NCBI GenBank assembly: GCA_051313645.2
Contig: JBNRSN020000007.1
Location: 133,486,001-133,550,000 of the forward strand
DNA from: Centroscyllium fabricii
Lineage: Eukaryota
Direction: 5' to 3'
DNA length: 64,000 bases
In this document: positions 24,680 through 37,743 of the stretch, in pieces
How the letters are laid out: each line of letters opens with the position of its first letter
Numbering within the stretch: the first letter of the stretch is position 1
Made by a program: the position numbers and the translations under genes
The notes under the pieces: model-generated
The model's input: the letters and a program-made list of their open reading frames with translations, nothing else
The model's database searches: none
Told to the model about the DNA's origin: nothing

Positions 24680-26750
24680 TCTGTAGCCTCATGGCCTGGC
24701 ATATCCCTCACTCTACCATTACCATCAAGCCAGGAGACCAACCCTGGTCCAATGAGGAGCGTGGAAGAGCATGTCAGGAGCAGCACCATGTGTACCTAAA
24801 AATTAGGTGCCAACCTGGGGAAGCAGCAACACACGACTACATGCATGCTAAAAACCGGAAGCAGCATGCGATAGACAGAGCTAAGTGATCCTACAATCAA
24901 TGGATCAGATCAAAGCTCTGCAGTCTTGCCACATCCAGTCATGAATGGTGGTGGACAATTAAACAACCAGTGGGAGGAGGAGGCTCCATGAATATCCCCA
25001 TTTTCGATGACGATGGAGCCCAGCATGCAAATACAAAAGACAAGGCTGAAGCATTTGCAACCATCTTCAGCCAGTAGTGCTGAGTGGATGATCCATATTG
25101 GTCTCCCCCTGAGGTCCCCATCATCACAGAAGCCAGTTTTTAGCCAATTTGATTCACTCCACGTGATATCAAGAAACAGCTGAGCGCACTGGCTACAGTA
25201 AAGACTATGGGCCCCGACAATACCCCAGCTGTCGTGCTGAAGACTTGTGCTCCAGAACTAGCCGCACCTTTGGCCAAGCTGTTCCAGCACAGCTACAACA
25301 CTGGCATCGATCCAACAATGTGGAAAACTGCCCAGGTACGTCCTGTCCACAAAAGGCAGGACAAATCTAATCCGGCCAATTACCGCTTTATCAGTCTGCT
25401 CTCAATCATCAGCAAAGTGATGGAGGGTGTCGTCGACAGTGCTATCAAGCGGCACTTACTCACCAACAACCTGCTCACCGATGCTCAGTTTGTGTTCTGC
25501 CAGGACCACTCGACTCCAGACCTCATTACAGCCTTGGTCCAAACGTGGACTAAAGAGCTGAATTCCAGAGGTGAGCTGAGAATGACTGCCCTTGACATCC
25601 AGGCAGCATTTGACCGAGTGTGGCATCAAGGAGCCCTAGTAAAATTGGAGTCAATGGGAATCTGGGAGAAAACTCTCCACTGGCTAGCGTCATACTTGGC
25701 ACAAAGGAAGATGGTTTTAGTTGTTGGTGGCCAATCATCTCAACCCCAGGATGTCGCTGCAGGAGTTCCTCAGGGCAGTGCCCTAGATGCAACTATCTTC
25801 AGCTGCTTCCATCAATCACCTTCCCTCTATCATAAGGACAGAAGTGGGGATGTTCGCTGATGATTGCACAGTGTTCAGTTCCATTTGAAACTCCTCAGAT
25901 AATGAAGCAGTCCATGCCCACATGCAGCAAGACCTGGATAACATTCAGGCTTAGACTGTTAAATGGCAAGTAACATTCACTCCACACAAGTGCCAGGCAA
26001 TGACTCTCTCCAACAAGCGAAAGTCTAACCACTGCCCTTTGACATTCAACGGCATTAGCATCGCCGAATCCGCCACCATCTACATCCTTGGGGGGTCACC
26101 ATTGACCAGACACTTAACTGGACAGCCACATAAATACTGTGGCAACAAGAGCAGCTCAGAGGCAGGGTATTCTGTGGCAAGTGTCTCACTCCCCAAAGAA
26201 CTTCCAACATCTACAAGGCACAAGTAAGGAGTGTGATGGAATACTCTCCACTTGCCTGGATGAGTGCAGCTTCAACAACACTCAAAAGACTCGACACTGT
26301 CCAGGACAAAGCAGCCTGCTTGACTGGCACCCTATCCACCACCTTAAACATTCACTCCCTCCACCACCGGCGTACCGTGGCTGCAATGTGTACCATCTAC
26401 AAGATGCACTGCAGCAACTCGCCAAGGCTTCTTCGGCAGTACCTCCCAAATCCGCAACCTCTACCACCTAGAAGGACAAGGGCAGCAGGCGCATGGGAAC
26501 ACCATCACCTGCAAGTTCCCCTCCAAGCCACACACCATCCTGACTTGGAAATATATCGCCGCTCCTTCATCGTCGCTGGGTCAAAATCCTGGAATTCCCT
26601 CCCTAACAACACTGTGGGAGTACCTTTACCACAAGGACTGCAGCGGTTCAAGAAGGTGGCTCACCACCACCTTCCCTAGGGCAATTGAGGATGAGTAATA
26701 AATGCTGGCCTTGCCAGCGACACCCACATCCCATGAATGAATAAAAAAAT
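24680..26750 (+). mobile_element. 5'-truncated LINE (CR1/L2/Jockey-group RT), degenerate
   Basis: ORF 25207-25860 (PANYRFISLLS, LDIQAAFDRVWH, GVPQGS), FADD at ~25853, 3' tail ATGAATGAATAAAAAAA. Confidence 0.9.
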
Positions 26751-26928
26751 ATTGGTGCCAGAACTTGTCATTATACAATGTACAAGTACATGAGCAACAA
26801 AATGTGATCTTGCAAGCTCCCAAGAGTCCAGCAAAGCCGCTGCGTCTGTGCGCGCCGCCATTCCATCTTTCCATCATTCCGACAATCTTCAGCCAACCAC
26901 CGTTCCCTGGGGCTCCTTTCGTGACCCT

Positions 26929-26999
26929 CTGCACCTGGTATTCCCTGGTGGTCACCCATCCAAGTACTAACCAGGCCTGGCTCTGCTTAGCTGCCAAGA
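26929..26999 (-). pseudogene. 5S rRNA-derived fragment (internal control region)
   Basis: rc reads AGCTAAGCAGAGCCAGGCCTGGTTAGTACTTGGATGGGTGACCACCAGGGAATACCAGGTGC, matching the 3' two-thirds of vertebrate 5S; 5' ~40 nt absent. Confidence 0.8.
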
Positions 27000-29900
27000 C
27001 GTTAGCCAGTGACCTTGTCCCTCATCCCAGGAACAGGTCTTAGGGTAGAAATTATTGTTGTTGTCATCGTACAAACAGTTAAAATAAATGTGTTGATGCC
27101 TCAGTTAAAATAGTGGAGAGAAATTTGATGTGAATGCATTGAGAGTTCGAACGATAACTTCAAGCGTTTTAACTTCTACTCTCTGGTTACTTTCTGTTGA
27201 GTCAGGTGACTGTAAAGAATTCCAAAACAGTTTAAGAAAATACATTCCAGTAACTAGCACTTATTTCAAACTCGCACTTTGAATGAAAATGCTATCAGGC
27301 AGATCCAACTATTTTGTTTAAGCATGCCTCTAGGAAACGGGCTTTCAATTATTCCATGCCCCACAGCTTCACTGAAGCCGCTGGGCTTGGAAAGGGTAGG
27401 ATTTTGAATTTATTTAAACCTGCAGTGCTGTTTGAATGAGTTTGAGTGGCTAGCATTTGTTGTCACTCCTGCTTTCCATCAGCGCTGTAACTGCGCAAGG
27501 TATTTTTGAATAGTCAATGCTGTTCAGCAGTCAAAAGGGTTAAAGTCAGAGGATTTGATTTCCACTGCTTTGTAATCTTTTCATATAGAAATATCCAGCC
27601 TAAAAAACTCATAAATCCAAAATCAAATCCAAAGACTGATATGAAATTAGATTACTGGAAGAGGCATTGGAATGCAGAAATTAAAATCTGAGATTGGAAC
27701 AAAGGATTGAAACATATACAAAAGAGGGAGGTAACCCAACGTACAAAAAAGATTTATAATAATAACACTTGTGACACAAGTTAGAATGCAAACCTCTGTG
27801 AAACATGCTCCCAGAAATTGACTCTGACATGATAAAATTAAACAGCATTTGAGTAGGTATGTATTACATTACTATTTTTAGTCATTCATTTTGGTGACCA
27901 GAATGTATGGTTTGACAGTGATTCAAAGTATAATACTTTCTGTCTCATATCAGTACAAATCTGCTTTGATCAAGTATGATGCAAATCAGCAGCTCTTAGC
28001 TTTGCCCTGACAATATAACCAGCTCCGACCCTAATCCCTTGTGAGCAATCCCCACTGCACATTGTGACATTTCTGATGTACTGGGGTAGCAGGTGATGTT
28101 CAATTGATGACATACTAGCTTATTACATTTTTGTACATTATATGAAGGCTGAATCAAGCACATTTCACAATCAAGAGCTTAACCCTTAAAAGTTCAGACA
28201 AGGGACAGTCTGCTTGCAAAGTGTGTACCTCCGAAATGCCAATTCACGCGCTAGCCATCCCACCTAACGTTCAAATACACATGATGTGTAATGTTACAAA
28301 AGTGGTTTTCGTTTTACCAATTTTCTCCATTCTTCTCCTAAAGGTGCTGGTTCTTACTGGTTCACATTTTCATAGTCACTCTATAACCTCGTGCAAGTAG
28401 CTATTCTTTATCTATGAGCCTTTGACAGTGAGAGTTGGCAGGCTGTTCAAAGCTTGGGGGAAGTGGGGGTGGGGGCATCACAGCTGAGCCTCATCCACGC
28501 ACGCACACTTTCCAGTAGAGGTTACTGTGGTGGGTTTGTTAACCTATTCTGCTAAGTCGTGCTGAAACCATTCTCGAAGAATTGTACAGTTTTCTTTTGA
28601 TCTATTTGGACGTACACACCTCCAGCAAGCCTACAATTACCAGTCTGGAGTACAATTTTCCATGAAATGCTGAAGGATCATGACACCGCAGCATAGCAGT
28701 GTGCTGCCTTCGTTCGTCAGTAATTACAAGGCTGAGAATATCTGTACAGCACATCACTTACCAATAAGATCCTTACCACAGATATGCAATGTCATTCACT
28801 GCTACCTTCTTGGTTTAATGATAGAATTTCCTAGACTCCAACACCACCCTGACCTTTTCAAATCCATCCAGCCAATACCCTGTATATCTATATCACCTAT
28901 TGTTGCTGCAGTTAACTCACTACTGAGCATTCCAGCACTTAGTGGATGCTGTGCGTTTCTTTTATCTCAGTTGGACTGCACGCTCAATATCAGCCACACG
29001 ACCAACATCAGCTATGCAGCGTAATGCTGCCAATATGTGGTTTGGAACTGGTAGCAATGTTTTCTGGAAGGGGTGGTCTTACACCACTAGTGACTACGGT
29101 TGCCAGCCCTCCAGAACTGCCCTGGAGTCTCTTGGAATTAATGATTCATCTCCTGGGCATTGCCGCGAGCAACCGAGGTGTAAAATCATTGGAACATTAA
29201 AAAAAATATTTTTCCACCCCACTTCCTTTGAACACGTTTGTTTATTAATTATAACAATATTAGAAGAGGGTAAAAGAGGCCGTTTCACTGGGGGCAGGGG
29301 GCGGGGTGGAGGAGGGGAATTGTTGGGTGCAGGAGGTCAAGTAAGGAATCCTCCTGGAATACTTTCAACCAGAGTTGGCAACTTACTAGTGATACATTGC
29401 TATTGAACCTCAGGTGGCAAAATGCCTCAAATTTCTTAACAACGAGGAGAAAGGGGACACTGGGTAGCGACTGAAGTACTTGGAGTTGGGAAGGGCACAA
29501 CACATGCGGTTGAAGAGTCAAGCTTTTAAGAGGCTCTTGAAACACTGAGAGAAGGGGGGAACCATAGAGGGTTTAGAAGGAGACTTTCAAAGGGCAGGGA
29601 TATAGTCAGTGAACCCCACCAATGGTGGAGTGAAATCAGTGGGAGATGAGCATTAAGCCTGAGTCAAGCAGCGGAGAGTGTGCAGTTGGAAGACATTACT
29701 CGGGTTAAAAAAAAGGCAAGACCATGGAGTGATTTGAAAGTGATGGGTAGGACCTTGAAACTGATATGCTAAGGGAGAGGGAGCTACTGGGCTTTGGCAA
29801 GGACAAGAATAGTGAGAGTGGGCCATCTACTACAAGAGGTTACGAGCTTTGGAGTTTCAGATTAGGTGACATTTGTGAAGAGTGGAGAAGCAGAGATTGG

Positions 29901-30639
29901 TGAGGAAAACGTTAATCCTCAATGTGACAAAGGTATAAATTAGGGTTACAGTGGTGGAGGAAGACAGATAGGGCATAAGTGGAGAATATTCTTCAGCTGG
30001 AAAAATGTAGTCTTCACAACTAACTAGATGTAGTGAAGAATACGGCCAACAGTTTCTACTTTGTAAAACTCACTTTTTGAAAATTTAACATCAATTCTTG
30101 GGGAATTTGCTGTACAAACATTCAATTTCTATTGACTGATGAGAAGAGCTGACTGTCCTATCAGCCTCTTTCAATCATTACCAATCTCATCAGCAATCAC
30201 AGGCCGGCAAGCAGCCACCCATGTATGTGACCAAAGAGAGCCCTGCCTTCTTTCGCTTAACGTTCAACAGGGCGGCAAGTGCTTCAACAAAACTCTGACT
30301 CTGTGCTTGTGTCACTTTTCAAGAATGCACTGCACCATTTGGCACAGTATAATTAGCAAATTAAATTTATTCTCATTGAGGATAGTGATATTACTGCCAA
30401 AGGCAAAATTATTTTTCACTTAGAATGCAATAGTAATAGTGAAAATGTTGCTACCCCAGGAGTTGGGGGAAGGGACAGGCTGCTAGGAAAAAGAACTGCT
30501 TCTGTGCCGCCCAGTATATCCCGTGTTTTGTTATGTTCTGTTACTGGCAGAGACGCAGTCAGACAGAACCTAGCTTTATCTCTGTCACAGAGATTAAAAA
30601 ACCCTCTGTTTCCTTGAGTTCAATTCTGGCCCCGTGTGC

Positions 30640-30915
30640 CGCACCGATTTTCTCTGCTCCACTATTGGTGGCCGTGCTTTCAGCTGCCCAGGCTCTGAGC
30701 CTCTAGAGTTCCCTCCCTAAACTCCTCTGACTCTCTACCTCTCTCTCCTCCTTTAAGGTGCTCCTTAAAACTTACCTCTTTGACTAAGCTTTTGGTCACC
30801 TGTCCTAATATCTCCTTACGTGGCACGGTGTCAAATTTTGTCTGAAAGTGCCTCTGTGAAGCGCCTTGGGACCTTTTACTACGTTAAAGGTGCTATATAA
30901 ATGCAAACTGTTGGT
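30640..30915 (+). mobile_element. L2-like LINE 3' end
   Basis: GGCCGTGCTTTCAGCTG...CTTAAAACTTACCTCTTTGAC...GTGAAGCGCCTTGGGAC...GCTATATAAATGCAA tail with (TTG)n. Confidence 0.7.
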
Positions 30916-31111
30916 GTTGTTGGTTCTTGCAGTAGGAATTTGTCTCAGTGGGGTTTGACTCCAGCCAGGCATGCCAGATATTACACAAATACAAAAATCA
31001 CAAATGGTCCATTTGCCACCTTGGTGGAATTACCATCCAGCTTCTTCTGGGTTTTCTGTTCTCAGCTAGGCTTGAAAGGGAGAGAATGGAAAGTTGGCTC
31101 AGGAGGCATTA

Positions 31112-31522
31112 CAGGTACAGCACCATTAATCCGGCACCGGCAGGACCACGCCGGTACCGGACTACTGAAAAATCCGAACGATTGAAGCTTCGGCGAGCGC
31201 ATGCGCAGACCATTCAAAATAGATGCCGCGAAGGCCGGTGGCCATTTTGAATGGTTTGCGCATGCGCTCGCTGAAGCATCAATCATTCGGGGAGAGGCCT
31301 GGGCATGCGCAGCCAAGTGCGGTGGCCATTTTGCGCATGCACAGCCAAGCACGGCTGCCATTTTGCGCATGCGCAGACCAGTCTGGTAGTCCGGGAGCGG
31401 CCCGGGCATGCGCAGCCGAGCGCGGCAGCCATTTTGCGCATGCGCAGACCAGTCGTCCGGATTCATTCCGGACGACTGAAGTTTCCAGATTACCGGTGTC
31501 ATGATTAATGGTGCCGGACCTG
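31112..31522. mobile_element. Tc1/mariner-like MITE related to 13915-14772
   Basis: TIRs CAGGT(A/C)C(A/G)GCACCATTAATC, TA flanks, internal sequence homologous (inverted) to 14615-14710. Confidence 0.8.
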
Positions 31523-33429
31523 TACCATATTTACACTCGCTGTTCCTGCTGCAATTAAGGACAACACTCAGATTTTGGGTGAAAGGAGACTTGCCGGCAG
31601 CTTTACTTGCTCGTCACAAATCCATCACCTTCGCAACAGGGAAATTTGTGCCCTGCAGGGGTAACATATGAGTTTACAAATCTGCGCTTAACTGCTCTAC
31701 TGTATACCTACCTTTTGTTGTTGCTCTAATATTATAGCTGCTGGTATAAGCTAGATAGTGTGGATTTTCCTATGGAAATCTCCTGGTTATTCAAGTGGGG
31801 CCGGGTGAGGGTGGTGCGGAGGGTGGGTCATATTTCTTTCATTGCACAACTGCACATTGGTGTGTCTGGAAGTCATTGACCCATAGAATATTGGGCCAGT
31901 GTTCAGCATAATATGGATGTGAAATTATTAATGGTCTCCCATGAAGAAAGAAAACTAGAGAGCCTCTAGCATATTTTGACAAGTGATGGTGTAATATCAA
32001 ATACAATTGCAAAATTGCTCTATATGACTACATTAAGAAGAACTATGGATTATATTTTTTTAACAAATTCTAGCTATTTTGAAATGAATCCTCTGAGGCA
32101 GTGTAACCTTTCTGATGTATGTGTATTATGCGATTTCAGCACAGGCTTTCGGATAAGCTATTTAAACCTTCTATAAAACTGAAAGATTTATCATCTGTAA
32201 AAGGCACTTTTGCAAGCCTGAAAATTTCCCATTTGCAAGTGATCCAGAAACATCTGTTGAAAGTGGGAAAAACTACTACTTATGAGCTTTACTTATCCAA
32301 GTGGTAAGGAAACTGAGGATATTTTCCCACCTATAATGCTAGCTATTTATCTTGAGCAGATTAACTCCTCCATTCACATAGAGGAATGTCGGACGAACTT
32401 GTGAAACCTCCATCTGCTCATATCACACACTGTCATTTATGGACTATATTTGGGGAATTTCCACGGGATTTAAAAAAAATAAGCCACTTATTTTTAACAT
32501 TGAACTTATTTACGACATTACAGCAGTGACTACACTTCAAAAGCACTTAATTGCTTGTAAAGCGTTTTGGGATGTCCTGAGCTGGTTAAAAGGGCTCTAT
32601 AAATGCAAGTCCTTTCTTAAAAAATGACAACCGGTAATTAAATGCCTGAAACTGTACCAAGGCAGGAGGCTTTTCACTGCCAATGAGTGTTTCTCAGGTT
32701 TTTGCCTTTGCCCCTGCTGTGTGACTCTGTAGAACATTATTTGTCTCTGCTTTTGTAATGAGTGAAAGTGGTAATAAAGACTTAAAAGGCTTTTCTGTTC
32801 ATGGCGGTCAGCCCCGTTTCTTTCGGAGAAGAAGAAAAGCCAAAAGAGGCCATGTGGGTGAAATTTTCCTCGTGACAAATTCACCTGCAAACAGCGTGCA
32901 TTTGATGCCAAACAAAGGAGTAAAAAGTTCAAGGGACAGCTTTTCAGGATGATGCGACCACTTCAAACAAAATGGAGGCATCAGGAATTCAAACCCGTTT
33001 CACCAAAAGTGTTTTGTTCTTCATTTTTAGAAAAGGAGATCATTAGGCCACAGTGCCTGCTGACTACAATTGGAAAATCAATATGTGCAGTAATCAACCA
33101 TTTGTGTACTCAATGAAAGAAAACCGTTGTCTCCGAGCAGCTTATGCCTCAGCTGTCCTGCCCTAACCAGTGCATTATTGACCGCAGTTACAATACTGAT
33201 TTGAATGGGAGCCATGGTTATACTGCCCCGTTGCTTTGTTGTGTGTGGGGAATGCAGTCTCCACATTACAACAGGAGCACAGAGCCCTGATTTACCGGCT
33301 TATAGTATCCAGTGAGATTTCTAATGATTGACAAGTCAGTTCTTGTCATTACTGTATGATTGTACAGTGTTTCAAACCTTAAAAAGTGGACTGGTTGCTC
33401 GCTGTAATGCACAACACAAAGAGCTACAG

Positions 33430-33780
33430 AGAATTACATAGACATTACAACACAGAAACAAGTGGTTTGGCCCATCCAGCCTGTGTTGGTGTTCATCCTT
33501 CACACAAGCAGTAGTCCTAGTACCATGCCCTGCTCTGTCCCCTTTACCCTATATCTCATATTTCCTTCAATCATCTATCTAACCTATTCTTAAATGATGC
33601 CATGGTCTCTGCTTCAATCACAAACTCTGCTAGTGCATTTTACAACCTCATAAACCCTCTGTGTAAAATAGGTTTCTCCTGCTCTCTGTCCTAAATCTCA
33701 TATTTAATCTTATATCTGTGTCCCCTCATTCTAAACCCTTCAATCATTGGGAACGGACTTTTTCTAACTACATTGTCTCA
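33430..33780 (-). mobile_element. Old CR1-like 3' fragment
   Basis: rc tail (acaacacagaaacaag...ggccc) and similarity to the CR1 3' region at 47340-47500. Confidence 0.5.
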
Positions 33781-34605
33781 ACTTTCATTTGTAATTCCCT
33801 TCTCCTCTATTTTAGGCAAGTCATTAATCCATTCAAAATAATCGATGTAATGCCTAAACTAGCGGGGAGAGGAATTTCACGTGGATATATTAAGTGTTCT
33901 GACCCATTGTCCCACGGTACAATTTCACTTTTTAAAAAGCTCTCTGTGTTGCTGTTTCTAGTTTCAGCCAGGGGTATGGAATCATCACTTGGTAACAACA
34001 GGCACTCCGTTCCTTTCTATTGATTTAATGGGATGAGTTTTCTGTGTACTTTGTGGAAAGTAAGAAGGCACTGTTTTAAAAACAGCAATGCACTGTGACA
34101 TGGTCATCCTATGACAAAAAATACTGCTCATTTATTTTCCCAATAGAGCAACCAGGTAGGTTGAAAATTTACTGGGTAGATAAAATGATAAAAAGTGAAT
34201 TAATGTTAGGAACTAGATATTGGATGCACTGGATATCACAATCCAACAGTCACTTTAACCTCTCCTGACTAAAGTAGCTCAAATCACTAATGTACAGACC
34301 AAAGGGACTACAAATATCCCAGAGTTCTTAATGGAATTAGAATTTGATGCCAATCAACTTGTAATGGCCTGTGGGCTTTCAAGTCAGGTGAAGGCAAAAA
34401 ATACAGACAGACAGGCTAAGCTTATCTCTGATCCAGGGCTTTACTTCATAACATCAGCGTTTTAAATGAAGCACTTTCTAATTTTATTGTTATTGCTTTT
34501 TCATCCCTGTGATCTACCTCATCTTTCATAAAACTGTGTTGATCTAGTCAGCTCTACATTGAAAATAGCAATTTCGCATCGAAGTTACATGTCCAGTTGT
34601 AGCAA

Positions 34606-37600
34606 AAATGGTGTAATAGTCACGAAATGGTGTAATACAGGTCTCGAAATGGAGCAATACAGGTCTCAAAATGGTGTAATGCAGGTTTCAAAATGGAGCA
34701 ATAGACGTCTCAAAATGGTGTAATACAGGTCTCAAAAAGGTGCAATACAGGTCTCAAAATGGAGCAATATAGGTCTCAAAATGGTGTAATACAGGTCTCA
34801 AAAAGGTGCAATACAGGCCTCGAAATGGAGCAATATAGGTCTCAAAATGGTGTAATACAGGTCTCGAAATGGTGTAATGCAGGTCTCAAAATGGTCTAAT
34901 AGTCTCGAAATGGTGTAATACAGGTCTCGAAATGGTGTAATACAGTCTCGAAATGGTTTAATACAGGTCATGAAATAGTCTAATACAGGTCTTGAAATGG
35001 TTTAATACAGTCTCGAAATGGTTTAACACAGGTCTTGAAATGGTCTAATACAGGCCCTGAAATGATGTAATACAGGTGTCGAAATGGTCTAATACAGGTC
35101 TCGAAAACATGTAATACAGGTCTCAAAATGTTCTAATACAGGTCTCGAAATGGTGCAATACAGGACTCGAAAAGGTGTAATACAGGTCTTGAAATGGAGA
35201 AATACAGGTCGCGAAATGGTGTAATACAGGTCTCGAAATGGAGCAATACAGGTCTCGAAATGGTCTAATACAGTCTTGAAATGATCTAATAGAGGTCTCA
35301 AAGGGTCTAATACAGATCTCGAAATGGTCTAATACAGGTCTCAAAATGGTGCAATACAAGTCTCGAAATGGTACAATACAGGTCTCAAAATGGTCTAATA
35401 CAGGTCTCGAAATGACCTAATACAGGTCTCGAAATGGTGTAATACAGGTGTGGAAATAGTGTAATACAGTCTCAAAATGGTGTAATACAGGTCTCGAAAT
35501 GGTGTAATACAGGTCTCGAAATGGTGTAATACAGTCTCAAAATGGTCTAATACAGGTCTCGAGATGGTGTAATACACGTCTCGAAATGGTGTAATACTGG
35601 TCTCGAAATGGTGTAATACTGGTCTCGAAATGGTGTAATACAGGTCTCGAAATGATGTAATACAGGTCTCGAAATGGTGTAATACAGGTCTCGAAATTGG
35701 CTAATACAGATCTCGTAATGGTGGAATAAAATTCTCGAAATGGTGTAATACAGGTCTCGAAATGGTGTAATAAAGGTCTCAAAATTGTGTAATAGAGGTC
35801 TCGAAATGGTGTAATACAGTCTCGAAATGGTGTAATACTGTCTTCAAATGATATATGCAAGAAGTCACACAACACCAGATTATAGTCCAACGGTTTTATT
35901 TTAAATCACAAGCTTTCGGAGCTTTTGCCCCTTCGTCAGGTGAATGAGAATCTGGCTTAAAGAACACACATCTGTGATGAGAGAAATCCGATATCTCCCA
36001 CATCACACCTCCATAGAGCGAGACACAGAAAGGCTTATTAACATATTTTAAGTGTTACATTTAAATATAGCATATATAGAGAGAGATAACAATGTTAATA
36101 CAGGTCTCGAAATGGTGTAATACAGGTCTCAACATGGTGTAATACAGGTCTTGAAATGATGTAATACACGTCTCGAAATGGTGTAATACTGTCTTGAAAT
36201 GATGTAATACAGGTCTCAAAATGGTGTAATACAGGTCTCAAAATGGTGTAATACTGTCTCAAAATGATGTCATACAGGTCTCGAAATGGTGTAATACGGG
36301 TCTCGAAATGGTGTAATACTGTCTTGAAATGCTGTAATACAGGTCTCGAAATGGTGTAATGCAGGTCTCGAAATGGTGTAATACAGGTCTTGAAATGGTG
36401 TAATACAGTCTCGAAATGGTGTAATACAGGTCTTAAAATGGTGTAATACAGGTCTCGAAATGGTGTAATACAGGCCTCGAAATGGTGTAATACAGTCTCG
36501 AAATGGTGTAATACAGGTCTCGTAATGGTCTAATACAGGTCTTGAAATGGTGTAATACAGTCTCGAAATGGTGTAATACAGGTCTCAAAATGGTGTAATA
36601 CAGGTCTCGAAATGGTGTAGTACAGGTCTCGAAATGGTGTAATACAGGTCTCGAAATTGGCTAATACAGATCTCGTAATGGTCGAATACAGGTCTCGAAA
36701 TGGTATAATACAAGTCTCAAAATGGTGTAATACAGGTCTCGAAATGGTGTAATAAAGGTCTCGAAATGGTGTAACAGAAGTCTCAATGGTGTAATACAGA
36801 TCTCGAAATGGTGCAATACAGGTCTTGAAATGGTGTAATAGTCTCAAAATGGTGTAATACAGGTCTTGAAATGATGTAATACTGTCTTGAAATGGTGTAA
36901 TACAGGTCTCAAAATGGTGTATTACAGGTCTCAAAATGGTCTAATATAGGTCTCGAAATGGTGTAATAAAGGTCTCGAAATGGTGTAATAGAAGTCTCGA
37001 AATGGTGTAATACAGATCTCGAAATGGTGTAATACAGGTCTCGAAATGGTGTAATACAGGTCTCAAAATGGTGTAATACAGTCTTGAAATGGTGTAATAC
37101 TGGTCTCGAAATGGTGTAATGCAGGTCTCGAAATTGGCTAATGCAGATCTCGTAATGGTCGAATACAGGTCTCGAAATGGTACAATACAAGTCTCAATGT
37201 GGTAATACAGGTCTCGAAATGGTGTAATGCAGGTCTCGAAATGGTGTAATACAGGTCTCGAAATGGTGTAATACAGTCTCGAAATGGTGTAATACAGTCT
37301 CGAAATGGTGTAATACGGGTCTCGAGATGGTGCAATAGAGGTCTTGAAATGGTGTAATACAGGTCTCGAAATGGTATAATACAAGACTCGAAATGGGGTA
37401 ATACAGGTCTCGAAATGGTGTAATACAGGTCTCGAAATGGTGTAATAGAGGTCTCGAAATGGTGTAATAGAGGTCTCGAAATGGTGTAATAGAGGTCTCG
37501 AAATGGTGTAATACAGGTCTCGAAATGGTGTAATACTGTCTTGAAATGATGTAATACAGGTCTTGAAATGGTGTAATACAGTCTTGAAATGGTGCAATAG

Positions 37601-37743
37601 AGGTCTCTAAATGATCTGATACAGGTTTGAAAATGGTCTAATACAGGTCTGGAAGTGGTCTATTACAGGTCTCGAAATGGCATAATGCTGTCTCAAAATT
37701 GTCTAATACAGGTCTTGAAATGGTGTAATACAGGTCTCGAAAG
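34606..37743. repeat. 22-bp (21-22) satellite array, ~3 kb
   Basis: Unit CAGGTCTCGAAATGGTGTAATA; interrupted at ~35850-36095. Confidence 0.95.
35855..36095 (-). mobile_element. Penelope-like terminal repeat with hammerhead motif, inserted in the satellite
   Basis: Homologous to 62589-62780; rc TCAC-CTGACGA-A-GGGGC-aaaa-GCTCC-GAAA-GCTT-GTGA. Confidence 0.7.

Noticed and set aside
26929-26999. Functional 5S rRNA gene
   Set aside because: 5' third and terminator missing, several substitutions, not in a tandem array
34606-37743. CRISPR-like appearance and repetitive ORFs (HHFETCITPFRDLY)n
   Set aside because: Head-to-tail repeats with no unique spacers, no cas genes, eukaryotic context; ORFs are satellite read-through
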